DNA of 64,000 nucleotides, taken from assembly GCA_046598345.1 (NCBI GenBank), contig JBKJIT010000004.1, forward strand, positions 137,226-201,225, read 5' to 3'. Every line of letters starts with the position of its first letter. Within the stretch, counting starts at the first letter, position 1. The position numbers were made by a program, and so were the translations under genes. This DNA is from Minisyncoccia bacterium (GTDB lineage: Bacteria > Patescibacteriota > Minisyncoccia > Phycocordibacterales > UBA918). The notes beneath the pieces were generated by a model that made no database searches, was not told where the DNA came from, and saw only the letters and a list, made by a program, of their open reading frames with translations. Below, piece by piece: positions 9,382-18,759 of the stretch.

Positions 9382-10314
9382 ATGTCAAACCATTATTTAT
9401 CACGCATACAGACCTTCACGGAGGACACGCTTCCTGATTTGGATGAGGTTGTCTGTGCTGCGCTTGAACTTTTTAGTGAAACTGCATCAGCGAGACTTGA
9501 TGTATATACATATACAAAACCGCTTATCATTGGAAGCGCCAATGCAGGGAGTACAGGGAAAATTCTATTTAAAGAAACACGTGCACTCTTTGCAGATGAA
9601 AGTACCTACCATGAGGTTTTGATGCGTAACTCGGATATTGATGCCGTATATATTATCTCTGCGTCGGGAGGGAAGCATGCTGTTCGAATTGCTGAGGAAC
9701 TTCAAAAACAAGAACTCCCGGTAGTACTTATTACATCGAATAAAGAAGCACCGGGAGCGGCATTTGTTAAGGAAGTGCTCACATTCCCACACATGCGGGA
9801 GCCGTATACGTATAATACTTCAACGTACATGGGCATGATGCTCGGCATGAGTTCTGAATCTCCAAGTGATATTCTTACCTTTCTTGAGCAACAAGTTCAG
9901 CCACGTATACCCAAAAACTTAGATCAGTACCAGTCGTTTATTCTTATGGTGCCGGGAATCTACGAGGATCTACGTCCCATGTTCGAAACAAAATTCGATG
10001 AGCTCTTTGGTCCGTATGTACGTGGGCGTGCCTTTACCGTGGAAGAAGTAAAGCATGCCAAAACAGTCATTCCGTCAGAAACAGAATTTTTTATAGATTT
10101 TGGTGGTGAACAAGATCTTTTTGGAGATAGTGCACATAGACTTCATATTCCTCTTCCACAGAATCATGGTCCTGTCGCACTCTTTGCGCTCGGATACTTT
10201 GTCATTGGACACATTCAAAAACAGAGTCATCCGTATTTTAAAGAACATATTGCCGAGTATGCTGAGCAGGCTTCAAAACTATTTGATCAGCATATTTCAG
10301 TGATTGTTGAGTAA
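9382..10314 (+). CDS. SIS-domain-like protein (putative sugar-phosphate isomerase/binding)
   Basis: 'PLIIGSANAGSTGKI' ... 'AVYIISASGGKHAVRIAEELQKQELPVVLITSN' fits the SIS fold pattern. It sits in an operon with a ROK kinase. Confidence 0.4.
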   Translation: MSNHYLSRIQTFTEDTLPDLDEVVCAALELFSETASARLDVYTYTKPLIIGSANAGSTGKILFKETRALFADESTYHEVLMRNSDIDAVYIISASGGKHAVRIAEELQKQELPVVLITSNKEAPGAAFVKEVLTFPHMREPYTYNTSTYMGMMLGMSSESPSDILTFLEQQVQPRIPKNLDQYQSFILMVPGIYEDLRPMFETKFDELFGPYVRGRAFTVEEVKHAKTVIPSETEFFIDFGGEQDLFGDSAHRLHIPLPQNHGPVALFALGYFVIGHIQKQSHPYFKEHIAEYAEQASKLFDQHISVIVE

Positions 10315-10315
10315 T

Positions 10316-11176
10316 ATGGCGTACATCCTCTTTGACATTGGTGGCACGAATACCCGCATTGCAAGATGTGATGATTTTGCATCATTTGAAACGCCGATAA
10401 AGTTCAAGACGCCACCAACTTTTGAAGCGGGCATGAAAGCGATGGGAGATGCAATCCGTACGCTCGTGCATCCTGGGGAGGTGATACACGCACTCGGAGG
10501 AGGAATACGGGGTCCGCTAAATCATGAAAAGACGATGATCGTGAGTGAAAAAACCTTGATTGATTGGGTTGGGAGACCGCTTGCGGACACGCTTTCACAT
10601 ACCTTTAATGCTCCGGTATACCTAGAAAATGATACAGCGGTTGTTGGCCTTGGTGAAACGGCGTTTGGAGCAGGGAAGGGGTACTCCATTGTTGCATACC
10701 ATACGGTAAGTACTGGCGTGGGTGGCGCCCGTTTTGTGAATGGCCGCCTTGATAGTGCAAGTGTTGGTTTTGAACCAGGGCACCAGGAACTTGATATTGA
10801 TAGGTCACTTCTTGGACATCATACTGACCATACCCTTGAAAACTTGGTTTCCGGAAATGCTCTGGAAAAGCGAAGAGGTGTCAAACCATATGAAATTGAT
10901 CAGGCTGACCCGGTGTGGAATGAACTCGGAGGGTATTTGGCCCACGGGCTAAAGAATACAATCGTTTACTGGTCACCTGATGTGATTGTACTTGGGGGCT
11001 CTATGATCGTTGGAAAGCCCCGGATCTTCTTAGAGGACATTGTTCGCCACACAGAAGCCCTCTTAAAGGGATTTCTGCAGGTTCCGCCTATTGTGGACGC
11101 GCTTCTCAAGGATGACGGAGGTCTCTATGGCAGTATGATTCTACTTTCGAGAAGAGTAGAAAAAACTAATAGATAA
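10316..11176 (+). CDS. ROK family sugar kinase (glucokinase-like)
   Basis: 'LFDIGGTNTR' and 'ENDTAVVGLGE'. The start is placed at MAYILFDIGG, because the track start at 10304 overlaps the upstream stop. Confidence 0.8.
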   Translation: MAYILFDIGGTNTRIARCDDFASFETPIKFKTPPTFEAGMKAMGDAIRTLVHPGEVIHALGGGIRGPLNHEKTMIVSEKTLIDWVGRPLADTLSHTFNAPVYLENDTAVVGLGETAFGAGKGYSIVAYHTVSTGVGGARFVNGRLDSASVGFEPGHQELDIDRSLLGHHTDHTLENLVSGNALEKRRGVKPYEIDQADPVWNELGGYLAHGLKNTIVYWSPDVIVLGGSMIVGKPRIFLEDIVRHTEALLKGFLQVPPIVDALLKDDGGLYGSMILLSRRVEKTNR

Positions 11177-11365
11177 GCCATATTCACTTTTTTTGGTGGG
11201 AAATTATGGCTTATATCCTCAGTTCAGGGCAGGGAAGGGTGGACAGAGGTGCTTTGACGACTGTCTAGACTTATGAGTTGTACATGAATGGTGTGCAGTA
11301 CGCATAATATGGCTTAAAATAAAGAGATATGAAGTATTGACACAGTATGAAATCGATTGCATAAC

Positions 11366-11393
11366 TTGACTTTTGGTCCAAATATGCTAAAAT
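11366..11393 (+). promoter_or_regulatory. Sigma70-type promoter with extended -10 (TTGACT-N16-TGcTAAAAT)
   Basis: Read directly. It is followed at about 11404-11425 by a short hairpin GCGGCUUAGGCCGU and a U6 run. Confidence 0.4.
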
Positions 11394-11617
11394 AGACGCA
11401 TAAGCGGCTTAGGCCGTTTTTTGTTGGATAAGACCTTATACCTATTTTATCTAGTTTACTTACAGCAGTATTCGCTGTAACGAACGTCGTTGCGGTACCA
11501 GTAGCTGATACCGCATATGGGAACATTGCAACAAATAATACCTCTATCGCTCATATAGCAGTAGCCGGAAATGAAGTAGAAGAATCAGTCCGTGCATACT
11601 TCAGCGATATACCTGTC

Positions 11618-11881
11618 ATGATTCAAGTCGCACGTTGTGAATCAACGTTTCGACATACCTTAGCAGACGGATCAGTGCTCCGAGGACGAGTAGACCCAGC
11701 AGACACTGGTGTAATGCAGATTAACTCTCGTTATCACGGTAAGCGTGCTGCGGAACTCGGCCTTGATCTCACTGTCCTTAAGGACAACATGGCATTTGCG
11801 CGTAACCTGTACGAAAGGCAGGGAACTCAACCATGGAGTGCATCAGCACCTTGTTGGGAGCGCACTATTGCAATGCGTTAA
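11618..11881 (+). CDS. Lytic transglycosylase (SLT family 1, VirB1/EtgA-like 'MQINS' type). The reading frame is open upstream to 11432 with no canonical start codon
   Basis: 'ARCESTFRH...DTGVMQINSRYHG' matches the SLT E-S...GLMQINS signature. The in-frame upstream stretch 'ILSSLLTAVFAVTNVVAVPVADTAYG...' looks like a signal or anchor segment but contains no ATG, GTG or TTG. Confidence 0.6.
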   Translation: MIQVARCESTFRHTLADGSVLRGRVDPADTGVMQINSRYHGKRAAELGLDLTVLKDNMAFARNLYERQGTQPWSASAPCWERTIAMR

Positions 11882-11885
11882 GAAC

Positions 11886-11915
11886 AAAAAGACCGCCTTT
11901 GGGCGGTCTTTTTGT
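11886..11915. terminator. Rho-independent terminator (aaaaagaccgcctttgggcggtcttttt)
   Basis: Perfect 9-bp GC-rich stem flanked by an A tract and a T tract. Confidence 0.75.
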
Positions 11916-12086
11916 GGCCAGAAAATAAGGAGTGCAACGACTATATTTTCTGAGTCCGTCAGAATGTGCTTACAAAAAGCTTCATTCTGACGAACATATT
12001 CTAATTCTAGGGCCATCTCGAGTTCCTTGCCGCCGCACACGTGAGGCAAAATAATCACGTCCACTAAATTATATACTTGGATGCTT

Positions 12087-12500
12087 TTACCCCTCCTTAT
12101 CCAATTTCCAACCCGTTCCAGCTCCAAAAGCTGCAATGTACAGTAGAGATCCAAGAATAGCTAAATCCTTCATAAACATGACCTGTTCCATAGGGTTTTC
12201 TCCCCACTTACTTGGGCCGTGGAAAATGAATGCCACTAGGAGGGTAAAGAGAGCAAGTGCGACTGCAGATTGACGAATTTTCATTCCTAGAATAATGCCG
12301 AGTCCCGCAAGCGTTTCGATAAGTGCTGCTCCCCATGCGAGAAGAAGGGGAGCAGGGAGGCCTATAGAGGCGATGTATCCTGCTGTCCCGTCAATTCCCA
12401 TAAATTTTTGAATACCTGCAAGAAGGAAGAGTCCTCCAATAAGAATTCGTGCGATGAGGGTGCCGTGGCTTTTGAAACAATCTATATACGTTGAAGACAT
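12087..12500 (-). CDS. DoxX family membrane protein
   Basis: 'ARILIGGLFLLAGIQKF' is a typical DoxX signature, with 4 TM helices. The start is placed at MSSTYID. Confidence 0.7.
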   Translation of the reverse strand: MSSTYIDCFKSHGTLIARILIGGLFLLAGIQKFMGIDGTAGYIASIGLPAPLLLAWGAALIETLAGLGIILGMKIRQSAVALALFTLLVAFIFHGPSKWGENPMEQVMFMKDLAILGSLLYIAAFGAGTGWKLDKEG

Positions 12501-12570
12501 ATGTGTGATTAGATTTTTATATAATATTAAGAACCTGTACAAAGTATAGCAAATCAGGGAATATAGAAGG

Positions 12571-13032
12571 ATGCACTACTGGTTAATGAAAACAGAGCCC
12601 GAAGCCTACTCGATAGATGATCTCAAACACGATAGGGTAGGGATGTGGGATGGTGTCCGTGGATGGGCCGCGCGGAATCATATGCGAGATGAAATGAAAA
12701 AAGGTGATCAGGTACTGTTTTACCACTCTAGTACCGAAGTAATAGGGGTTGTTGGGCTTGCGATCATTGACTCGAAGGAAGCCTTTCCTGACCCTACACA
12801 GTTTAATACAAAGCATGCGTATTACGATCCAAAATCGAAGAAAGACGCCCCGAGATGGTTTTCAGTGAACCTAAAATTTATAAAGAAATTTAAGGAACCC
12901 GTTACACTAGCTCAGATCAAAGCAGACCCATTTTTTAATGACATGCTTGTTGTGCAAAGGGGAGTGAGGCTTTCGATACAACCTGTTTCTGAAAAGCATT
13001 ATAAGAGAATCCTGGAAATGAGTAAGGATTAA
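12571..13032 (+). CDS. EVE (PUA-like) domain protein
   Basis: 'MHYWLMKTEPEAYSIDDL' is the hallmark EVE N-terminus. Confidence 0.85.
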   Translation: MHYWLMKTEPEAYSIDDLKHDRVGMWDGVRGWAARNHMRDEMKKGDQVLFYHSSTEVIGVVGLAIIDSKEAFPDPTQFNTKHAYYDPKSKKDAPRWFSVNLKFIKKFKEPVTLAQIKADPFFNDMLVVQRGVRLSIQPVSEKHYKRILEMSKD

Positions 13033-13186
13033 TTTTTCATATGTCACTATTAAAAAAACTGGAAACTCATTTTCAAATTCCTGATACGCGGAACCAAGAA
13101 GCAAAAACACGAGGCGTAGATACCTACGGTGCCAGTTCGAGTGACGCTGGTGACAAAGTATATGGAATTTTAAGATGTGTTGCCAT

Positions 13187-13957
13187 ATGAGGATTGGATT
13201 CTTCGACTCTGGAGTCGGCGGCTTCACGATCCTCAACGCCGTTCGTGGCGCACTCCCTGAATACGATTATCTGTATTACGGTGACACTGCCAATCTTCCG
13301 TACGGTGATAAGACAGAAGAAGAGGTGTATGCGTTTACGGAGGAAGCAGTACGCACTCTTTTTAATCAGGGTGTACACCTCGTAATTCTTGCTTGCAATA
13401 CCGCCTCTGCAGAAACCCTCCGTAAACTGCAAGATGCACTCATACCACATGCGTTTAAAGACAGACGCATTTTAGGGGTGATTATTCCCACAATTGAGAC
13501 CATAATTGATTCGGGTCTTACTAAAGTACTTATGATTGCGACAAATCGAACCGTGAGCTCTCATAAATACGAACTTGAGCTTTTGAATCGTGAGCCATAC
13601 CCGATCACTTTTACATCGATTGCGACTCCAAAAATTGTGCCATTTTTAGAAGATGGAAAATTAAGTGCAGCAATGACCTATCTCGTGGAAATGATCGACG
13701 GGGTAGTGGGGGAGGTAGAAGCGCTTGTTCTTGGATGCACACACTACGTACTCCTCAAGCACCTCATACAAAAAAAATTTCCACATCTCAAGGTCATTTC
13801 GCAAGATGAAATAATTCCTAAAAAACTTTCCCAGTATTTGCTAGCTCATTCTGAGATTGAGCAGAAACTTACGACCCATGGCTCACTTGAAATTATTCTA
13901 ACCAAGGATTCAGTAGAGTACAGAAACAAGATGCTCAATCTCTTTAGTGTGAAGTAG
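13187..13957 (+). CDS. murI: Glutamate racemase
   Basis: 'GFFDSGVGG' and 'ILACNTAS' (catalytic Cys). The start is at MRIGFF. Confidence 0.88.
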   Translation: MRIGFFDSGVGGFTILNAVRGALPEYDYLYYGDTANLPYGDKTEEEVYAFTEEAVRTLFNQGVHLVILACNTASAETLRKLQDALIPHAFKDRRILGVIIPTIETIIDSGLTKVLMIATNRTVSSHKYELELLNREPYPITFTSIATPKIVPFLEDGKLSAAMTYLVEMIDGVVGEVEALVLGCTHYVLLKHLIQKKFPHLKVISQDEIIPKKLSQYLLAHSEIEQKLTTHGSLEIILTKDSVEYRNKMLNLFSVK

Positions 13958-14054
13958 GTGCTAGGGGAGTTATGAAGCTCTAGAGTATATACGTCGCACA
14001 ATATATCTTTTACGACCCATATACTATAGCACCACTTCCCTGCATCTCATTATA

Positions 14055-14080
14055 AAAAGACGCACCGGGGTGCGTCTTTT
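14055..14080. terminator. Bidirectional terminator (aaaagacgcaccggggtgcgtctttt)
   Basis: Perfect palindromic GC stem with flanking A and T runs, between murI (+) and the 14104 minus-strand gene. Confidence 0.7.
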
Positions 14081-14103
14081 GTACTGTGCACAGCTTCCTT
14101 GCC

Positions 14104-14637
14104 TTATGCTGGGTTGGCTTTGAGTTCGACTTGCAGTTTTCTCCTCCGCCCCCGATCTTCCGGTTTTACGCGGATGTATTTGATCATGCTGCTTTGGTCT
14201 CCGGTTTGATCGTTTTCCATGCTCCGCCTATACCTTTCAATTTCAACTAGGCTCATTCCGCTTGGTATCAGGTATAGCTTGGGTCGTATGGAAATCTCTA
14301 CGAGCTCGCCATCCATTCCGGTTAGAAGAACTTCTTTAATGAGTCTCATCCTGTCTTTTCTTGTGAATCCAGGTCTCTGTACCAAAAAATGCCAAACTCT
14401 GTTAGCAAGTAGTTCTTCAATGTGATTGTCGTTACTTTGAAGTATGTGTACCGTTGCCGTATCGATTGGAATCCAAGTCGTAGGAAGTATTCGTAGAACT
14501 GATTTCTCTGCATTCATAATACTATCGCAAACCATATCTACATTGTGAAGAATTGCCAACACGCTAAAGCCAATAGCGGGTAATACAAAAAAGATCAATA
14601 CACTGAACACAATTAAAATCCAAAGAGAAAGCTCCAT
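14104..14637 (-). CDS. Hypothetical membrane-anchored protein
   Basis: N-terminal TM segment. It has its own TTGACA-N17-TATCTT promoter and a GAGGAG Shine-Dalgarno 7 nt upstream of the ATG. Confidence 0.5.
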   Translation of the reverse strand: MELSLWILIVFSVLIFFVLPAIGFSVLAILHNVDMVCDSIMNAEKSVLRILPTTWIPIDTATVHILQSNDNHIEELLANRVWHFLVQRPGFTRKDRMRLIKEVLLTGMDGELVEISIRPKLYLIPSGMSLVEIERYRRSMENDQTGDQSSMIKYIRVKPEDRGRRRKLQVELKANPA

Positions 14638-14721
14638 CGTTGACTCCTCACTAGTATGTGGATTTGTACATATTTCTAATTAAGGAAGATACTAGACTAC
14701 GTAATTAGTGTCAAAGGTCTA

Positions 14722-16062
14722 TTATTGCTGAGGTAGATACATCATTGGATCAATGTAGGCGTCCGTAGCTGCGACTGGAGTTGTAGCTGCACCACAACTC
14801 GTAACCGCTTTAATCTCATTAAATTTACGGACAGAAACACCTGCCTTTGCGTACACAGTAAAATGAAGATGTGGTCCAGTTGAGTACCCGGTGTTGCCGC
14901 TGTACCCAATCACATCTCCTGTTGCAACACTTTGTCCGGGAACAACGCTGATGACGCTCTGATGTGCATACAGCGTAGCAAGACCATTTGGATGATCAAT
15001 AAGTGTCCATTTACCCCAAGAGTAACAACCTGAAACCAGATCAGTATTGCCGGTTGAACGTACAGTACCACCAAGTGGAGCAGTGATTTGGGTTCCGCTT
15101 GGGACGCCGAAATCTACGCCCGGGTGGTATGCGCGACCGCCGTACACGGATGCATTTTGTTTAGCAAATTCTGTTCCACCGAAGAGCTGCGTGATACGCA
15201 CAGGTGCAACCGGCCACGCAAACACAGGCGTTCCCTTTGGTGGAATGGTATTTGGGTCAAGGATAAATTGAAGCTTTGATTCAAAGTCACGAAGCTCTTT
15301 CATAATGAGCGCGCGTGCAGCCTCCCTCTCCCGTAACATTTTTTGATACTCGGTCTCTTTGTTTTTTGTCGCAGCGAGTAGTGTGTTTTTCTGTGCCTTA
15401 TTACTTGTAAGCACTTGATTCTGATCGGAGTACTGATTCTTGAGTTTTACAAGCTCCTGTCGCTTTTGTGTACTATCGATATGCTTTTGTTCAAGCAGGA
15501 CTTTCTGTGAAGCTAGGCTTTTAACTCGATTGTTGATGAATGAACGGACCTGCTCCATGTTCTCAATACCACCCCAGAACTCGGAGAGGTTGCTGTAGGT
15601 TAGAAGCAATTCCACCATGGAGGTTTGATCAGATTCATTGAGGCGCCGGAGAGTTTCTGCGATCGCCTCTTCGTTACTTATAATTGCTTCTTCTGTTTCA
15701 TCAATCTCTAAACTCAACTTTTCGATCTCAAGATCTTTAGAACCAATCTTGTTTTGTGTGTAGCGAATATCTGATTCAACTTTTTTGCGCTCGAGCTCAA
15801 GTTGGTTGATTGCAGAAAGCAAAGTCTTTTTTTCGCCACCTACTTTTGAGAGTTCAGTTTTATATCCGGCGATTTCCTTCTCAATTTGAAGGAGGCGGGA
15901 GTTACGTTCGTCAATTTGGTTCTTAAGTATTTCGATTTCTGAGAGTGCAAATACAGGAATTGCGGTTAAAAAAGATGCAAGAAAGTACACGCTTATGCTG
16001 GCGAGTAGAAATAACGTAATTGCAGGTATCTTTAGTTTTCCAGTTCGAAAATAGAAATTCAT
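14722..16062 (-). CDS. M23 family metallopeptidase with N-terminal coiled-coil (EnvC-like)
   Basis: A long coiled-coil region is followed by the M23 motifs 'HPGVDFG' and 'GNTGYSTGPHLHF'. Confidence 0.85.
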   Translation of the reverse strand: MNFYFRTGKLKIPAITLFLLASISVYFLASFLTAIPVFALSEIEILKNQIDERNSRLLQIEKEIAGYKTELSKVGGEKKTLLSAINQLELERKKVESDIRYTQNKIGSKDLEIEKLSLEIDETEEAIISNEEAIAETLRRLNESDQTSMVELLLTYSNLSEFWGGIENMEQVRSFINNRVKSLASQKVLLEQKHIDSTQKRQELVKLKNQYSDQNQVLTSNKAQKNTLLAATKNKETEYQKMLREREAARALIMKELRDFESKLQFILDPNTIPPKGTPVFAWPVAPVRITQLFGGTEFAKQNASVYGGRAYHPGVDFGVPSGTQITAPLGGTVRSTGNTDLVSGCYSWGKWTLIDHPNGLATLYAHQSVISVVPGQSVATGDVIGYSGNTGYSTGPHLHFTVYAKAGVSVRKFNEIKAVTSCGAATTPVAATDAYIDPMMYLPQQ

Positions 16063-16127
16063 GCTTCTCGTAGTACTTACTGTATATACGAGAATATGGA
16101 CGCTTCGTAACGTACAAGATCAAAAGA

Positions 16128-17600
16128 TTATTCTCGTATACTAAGAATTGTATCACACGCTCGTTGGACGCGTTTATATGCTTCTCCCGAGCCAATTATT
16201 GAGATGATGGTGAAAGGGTCTGGAGAGCGTTCGCGACCAGAAAGAGCAACGCGAAGTGGCCAGAGTACCTCTCCCCTCCCGATTTCTTCTGCATAGTCCC
16301 ACATATAGGATTTCACAGTCTCCGCGTCTGCCTTTTCAGGAACTTGCGAAAGAATCTCAGCAAGATGCTGGAGGCGAGGAAGCGCATTCTTTGGAGAGGC
16401 GTCGTTTTTCCATTTGAGCAGATCTGCGCTGACTTCAGGTGTAGCAAAGGCAAAATCATACTCCCCTGCCCCACTTTGTTCTCTGATCTCTACTCCTGTG
16501 CTTACACGCTCACGAACGGTAGACATCACCCGTGCAAGTCTCTCCTCACTAAATTGTGGAAGTGAAAAAATGTGTTCACTTAGATAGTTTGTTACAAAAT
16601 TCTGGAAGGATGCGTCGTCGAGGCGTAGAATATGCTCACGGTTAATCCATTTAAGTTTATCTTCGTTCAAGAGCGCTCCTCCAGTCTGGATCCCTTCGAT
16701 TTCGAATTCGGAAATCAGTTCCTCAAGTGAAAAAATTTCTTTGTCTGTACCTGGGTTCCAACCAATAAAGGCAAGAAAATTCACCATTGCTTCTGGAAGG
16801 TAGCCTTCACTCTGATACTCAAGAATATCTTTAGCACCATCACGTTTCCCGAGCTTCTTTGTTTTGTCATCACGAAGTATAGGAGGCAGAGTCACAAATT
16901 TTGGGGGTGTCATACCAAGCGCAGTATAGAGACTGAGAAACCTAGGAGTGCTTGAGATAAACTCATCAGCGCGCATGATGTGCGTCACACCCATTTCGTG
17001 GTCATCGACAATGTGTGCAAAGTTGTAGGTTGGATACCCATCGTGTTTCATGAGCACAAAATCATCGAGCGCGTCTTCGCCAGCTTCGATATCCCCTCGC
17101 ACTTCATCATGCCATGCACTTCGTTCAACTTTCGGAACCTTAAATCGAAGCGTTGTTTTTCCATCCCACACACCAAACTCAGTTGGCCTGTGTTCACGAA
17201 AAAGAAATGGACGATGTTCCAACTTTGCCTGTTCGCGGAATTTCTCAAGTTCTTCCGTTGTGTATGGATCAGGGTAGGCATACCCCTTCTCTACTAGTCT
17301 TCGTGCGTATTCCATATAGATGGGTAGACGCTCAGATTGAATGCAAGAACCAAATGCACCCTGCTTGTCCGGACCATAGTCCCACAGAATGCCGAGCCAC
17401 GTCAGTGTCTTCATAATGTGCTCGATCGATCCTTCTACCTGGCGTTCCTTATCAGTGTCTTCAATGCGCAAAATAAATGTACCTTTGTGCTTCTTTGCCC
17501 ATAGGTACGCAAAAAGTGCAGTGCGTGCACCGCCTACGTGCATATAGCCCGTCGGAGACGGGGCAAAACGGGTCACTACGTGTTCTTTCGTGTTAAACAT
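16128..17600 (-). CDS. gltX: Glutamyl-tRNA synthetase
   Basis: 'TRFAPSPTGYMHVGGART' (HIGH class I) and 'KLGKRDG'-type KMSKS. Confidence 0.92.
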   Translation of the reverse strand: MFNTKEHVVTRFAPSPTGYMHVGGARTALFAYLWAKKHKGTFILRIEDTDKERQVEGSIEHIMKTLTWLGILWDYGPDKQGAFGSCIQSERLPIYMEYARRLVEKGYAYPDPYTTEELEKFREQAKLEHRPFLFREHRPTEFGVWDGKTTLRFKVPKVERSAWHDEVRGDIEAGEDALDDFVLMKHDGYPTYNFAHIVDDHEMGVTHIMRADEFISSTPRFLSLYTALGMTPPKFVTLPPILRDDKTKKLGKRDGAKDILEYQSEGYLPEAMVNFLAFIGWNPGTDKEIFSLEELISEFEIEGIQTGGALLNEDKLKWINREHILRLDDASFQNFVTNYLSEHIFSLPQFSEERLARVMSTVRERVSTGVEIREQSGAGEYDFAFATPEVSADLLKWKNDASPKNALPRLQHLAEILSQVPEKADAETVKSYMWDYAEEIGRGEVLWPLRVALSGRERSPDPFTIISIIGSGEAYKRVQRACDTILSIRE

Positions 17601-17621
17601 ATGGTATTGCTTCAGCGGTAA

Positions 17622-18746
17622 TTATGCGTGTGTTTCTGCAATTTCGAGGCCCATTCCTGCGATATTTTCGCTTGCATCTGTTCGTCCAAAGCCTAGCGCT
17701 CCTTCGCTCATACCGCGATATACATCAGGATTTTCCATAATACGGGCAATTTCTGCGGTGAGCAAGCCATCGCTAAAATTTGCCTCTTCAATCACTGTTG
17801 CGCCACCACTTTTAGCGTAGGTGAAGGCGTTTGTGCGTTGATCATGACTTACGGTCCCAGGAATTGGAATCAAAATTGCGGGTTTTCCATGCAGTGCAAT
17901 TTCGTAGATCGAAGTGCTACCGGCACGAGAAATAACGATTGCTGCAGTGTGGAGCGCATCATTGAGGAGGCTTGCATCCAGAAATGGCACGGGATGATAG
18001 TGTTTAAAAAGCGTCGGGTCTGGTATCAGTTCGCGCGCAGATCCGGAAACAATATTGAAAAGTTTTTCACCCGTTTGGTGGAGGACGGAATACGTTGGCA
18101 AAAGCTCATCGAGCGCATCAAGGATAAGTTCATTTAGTCGCTCTGCGCCCTGAGAACCACCGAGAATGAGAATAAGTGGTCGAGTGGTATCAATGTTGAG
18201 CAGTTCGTGAGCATTCGCACGCACAGGGGCGCGGAGTTCGTTTCTGATTGGAATTCCTGTGAGCATCGTTTTCTTCTGGTTGAAGAACTGTGCAGTTTCC
18301 ACATATGACACAAATATGTGCCGTGCAAATTTTGCTCCCAGTTTGTTTGCAGAACCCGGGAGTGAATCAGACTCATGGACAATAATCGGGATCGCAAGAA
18401 TACCCCCTGCAATAACTACTGGGACGCTTGTGAATCCTCCCTTGCTGATGATAACGTCAGGATAAATGATGTAGAGCTTCACAAGGGCTACAACAATTCC
18501 AAAAAGAGTCTTGAAAATATCAATATAATTTTTGAGAGAAAAATATTTTCGTCGTTTGCCAGCGGGACAAGAAACAAACCTGATGCTGTTCCTCTCAAGC
18601 ATCTCTTTGTCATAGGGGTCTGGCCCCATGTAGTAGAGATTTGTGGATATTGTAGGATCGCTCCGAAATGATTCAGCAATGCTGATGAGAGGATAGAAAT
18701 GCCCTCCCGTTCCACCTCCTACAAGTACGACCGTGATATTCGACAT
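17622..18746 (-). CDS. murG: UDP-GlcNAc:lipid I N-acetylglucosaminyltransferase
   Basis: 'VVLVGGGTGGHFYP' N-terminal G-loop and GT28 C-terminal domain. The start is placed at MSNITVV, because the track ORF extends upstream into ftsW. Confidence 0.88.
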   Translation of the reverse strand: MSNITVVLVGGGTGGHFYPLISIAESFRSDPTISTNLYYMGPDPYDKEMLERNSIRFVSCPAGKRRKYFSLKNYIDIFKTLFGIVVALVKLYIIYPDVIISKGGFTSVPVVIAGGILAIPIIVHESDSLPGSANKLGAKFARHIFVSYVETAQFFNQKKTMLTGIPIRNELRAPVRANAHELLNIDTTRPLILILGGSQGAERLNELILDALDELLPTYSVLHQTGEKLFNIVSGSARELIPDPTLFKHYHPVPFLDASLLNDALHTAAIVISRAGSTSIYEIALHGKPAILIPIPGTVSHDQRTNAFTYAKSGGATVIEEANFSDGLLTAEIARIMENPDVYRGMSEGALGFGRTDASENIAGMGLEIAETHA

Positions 18747-18759
18747 ACTGGTAATCGTA

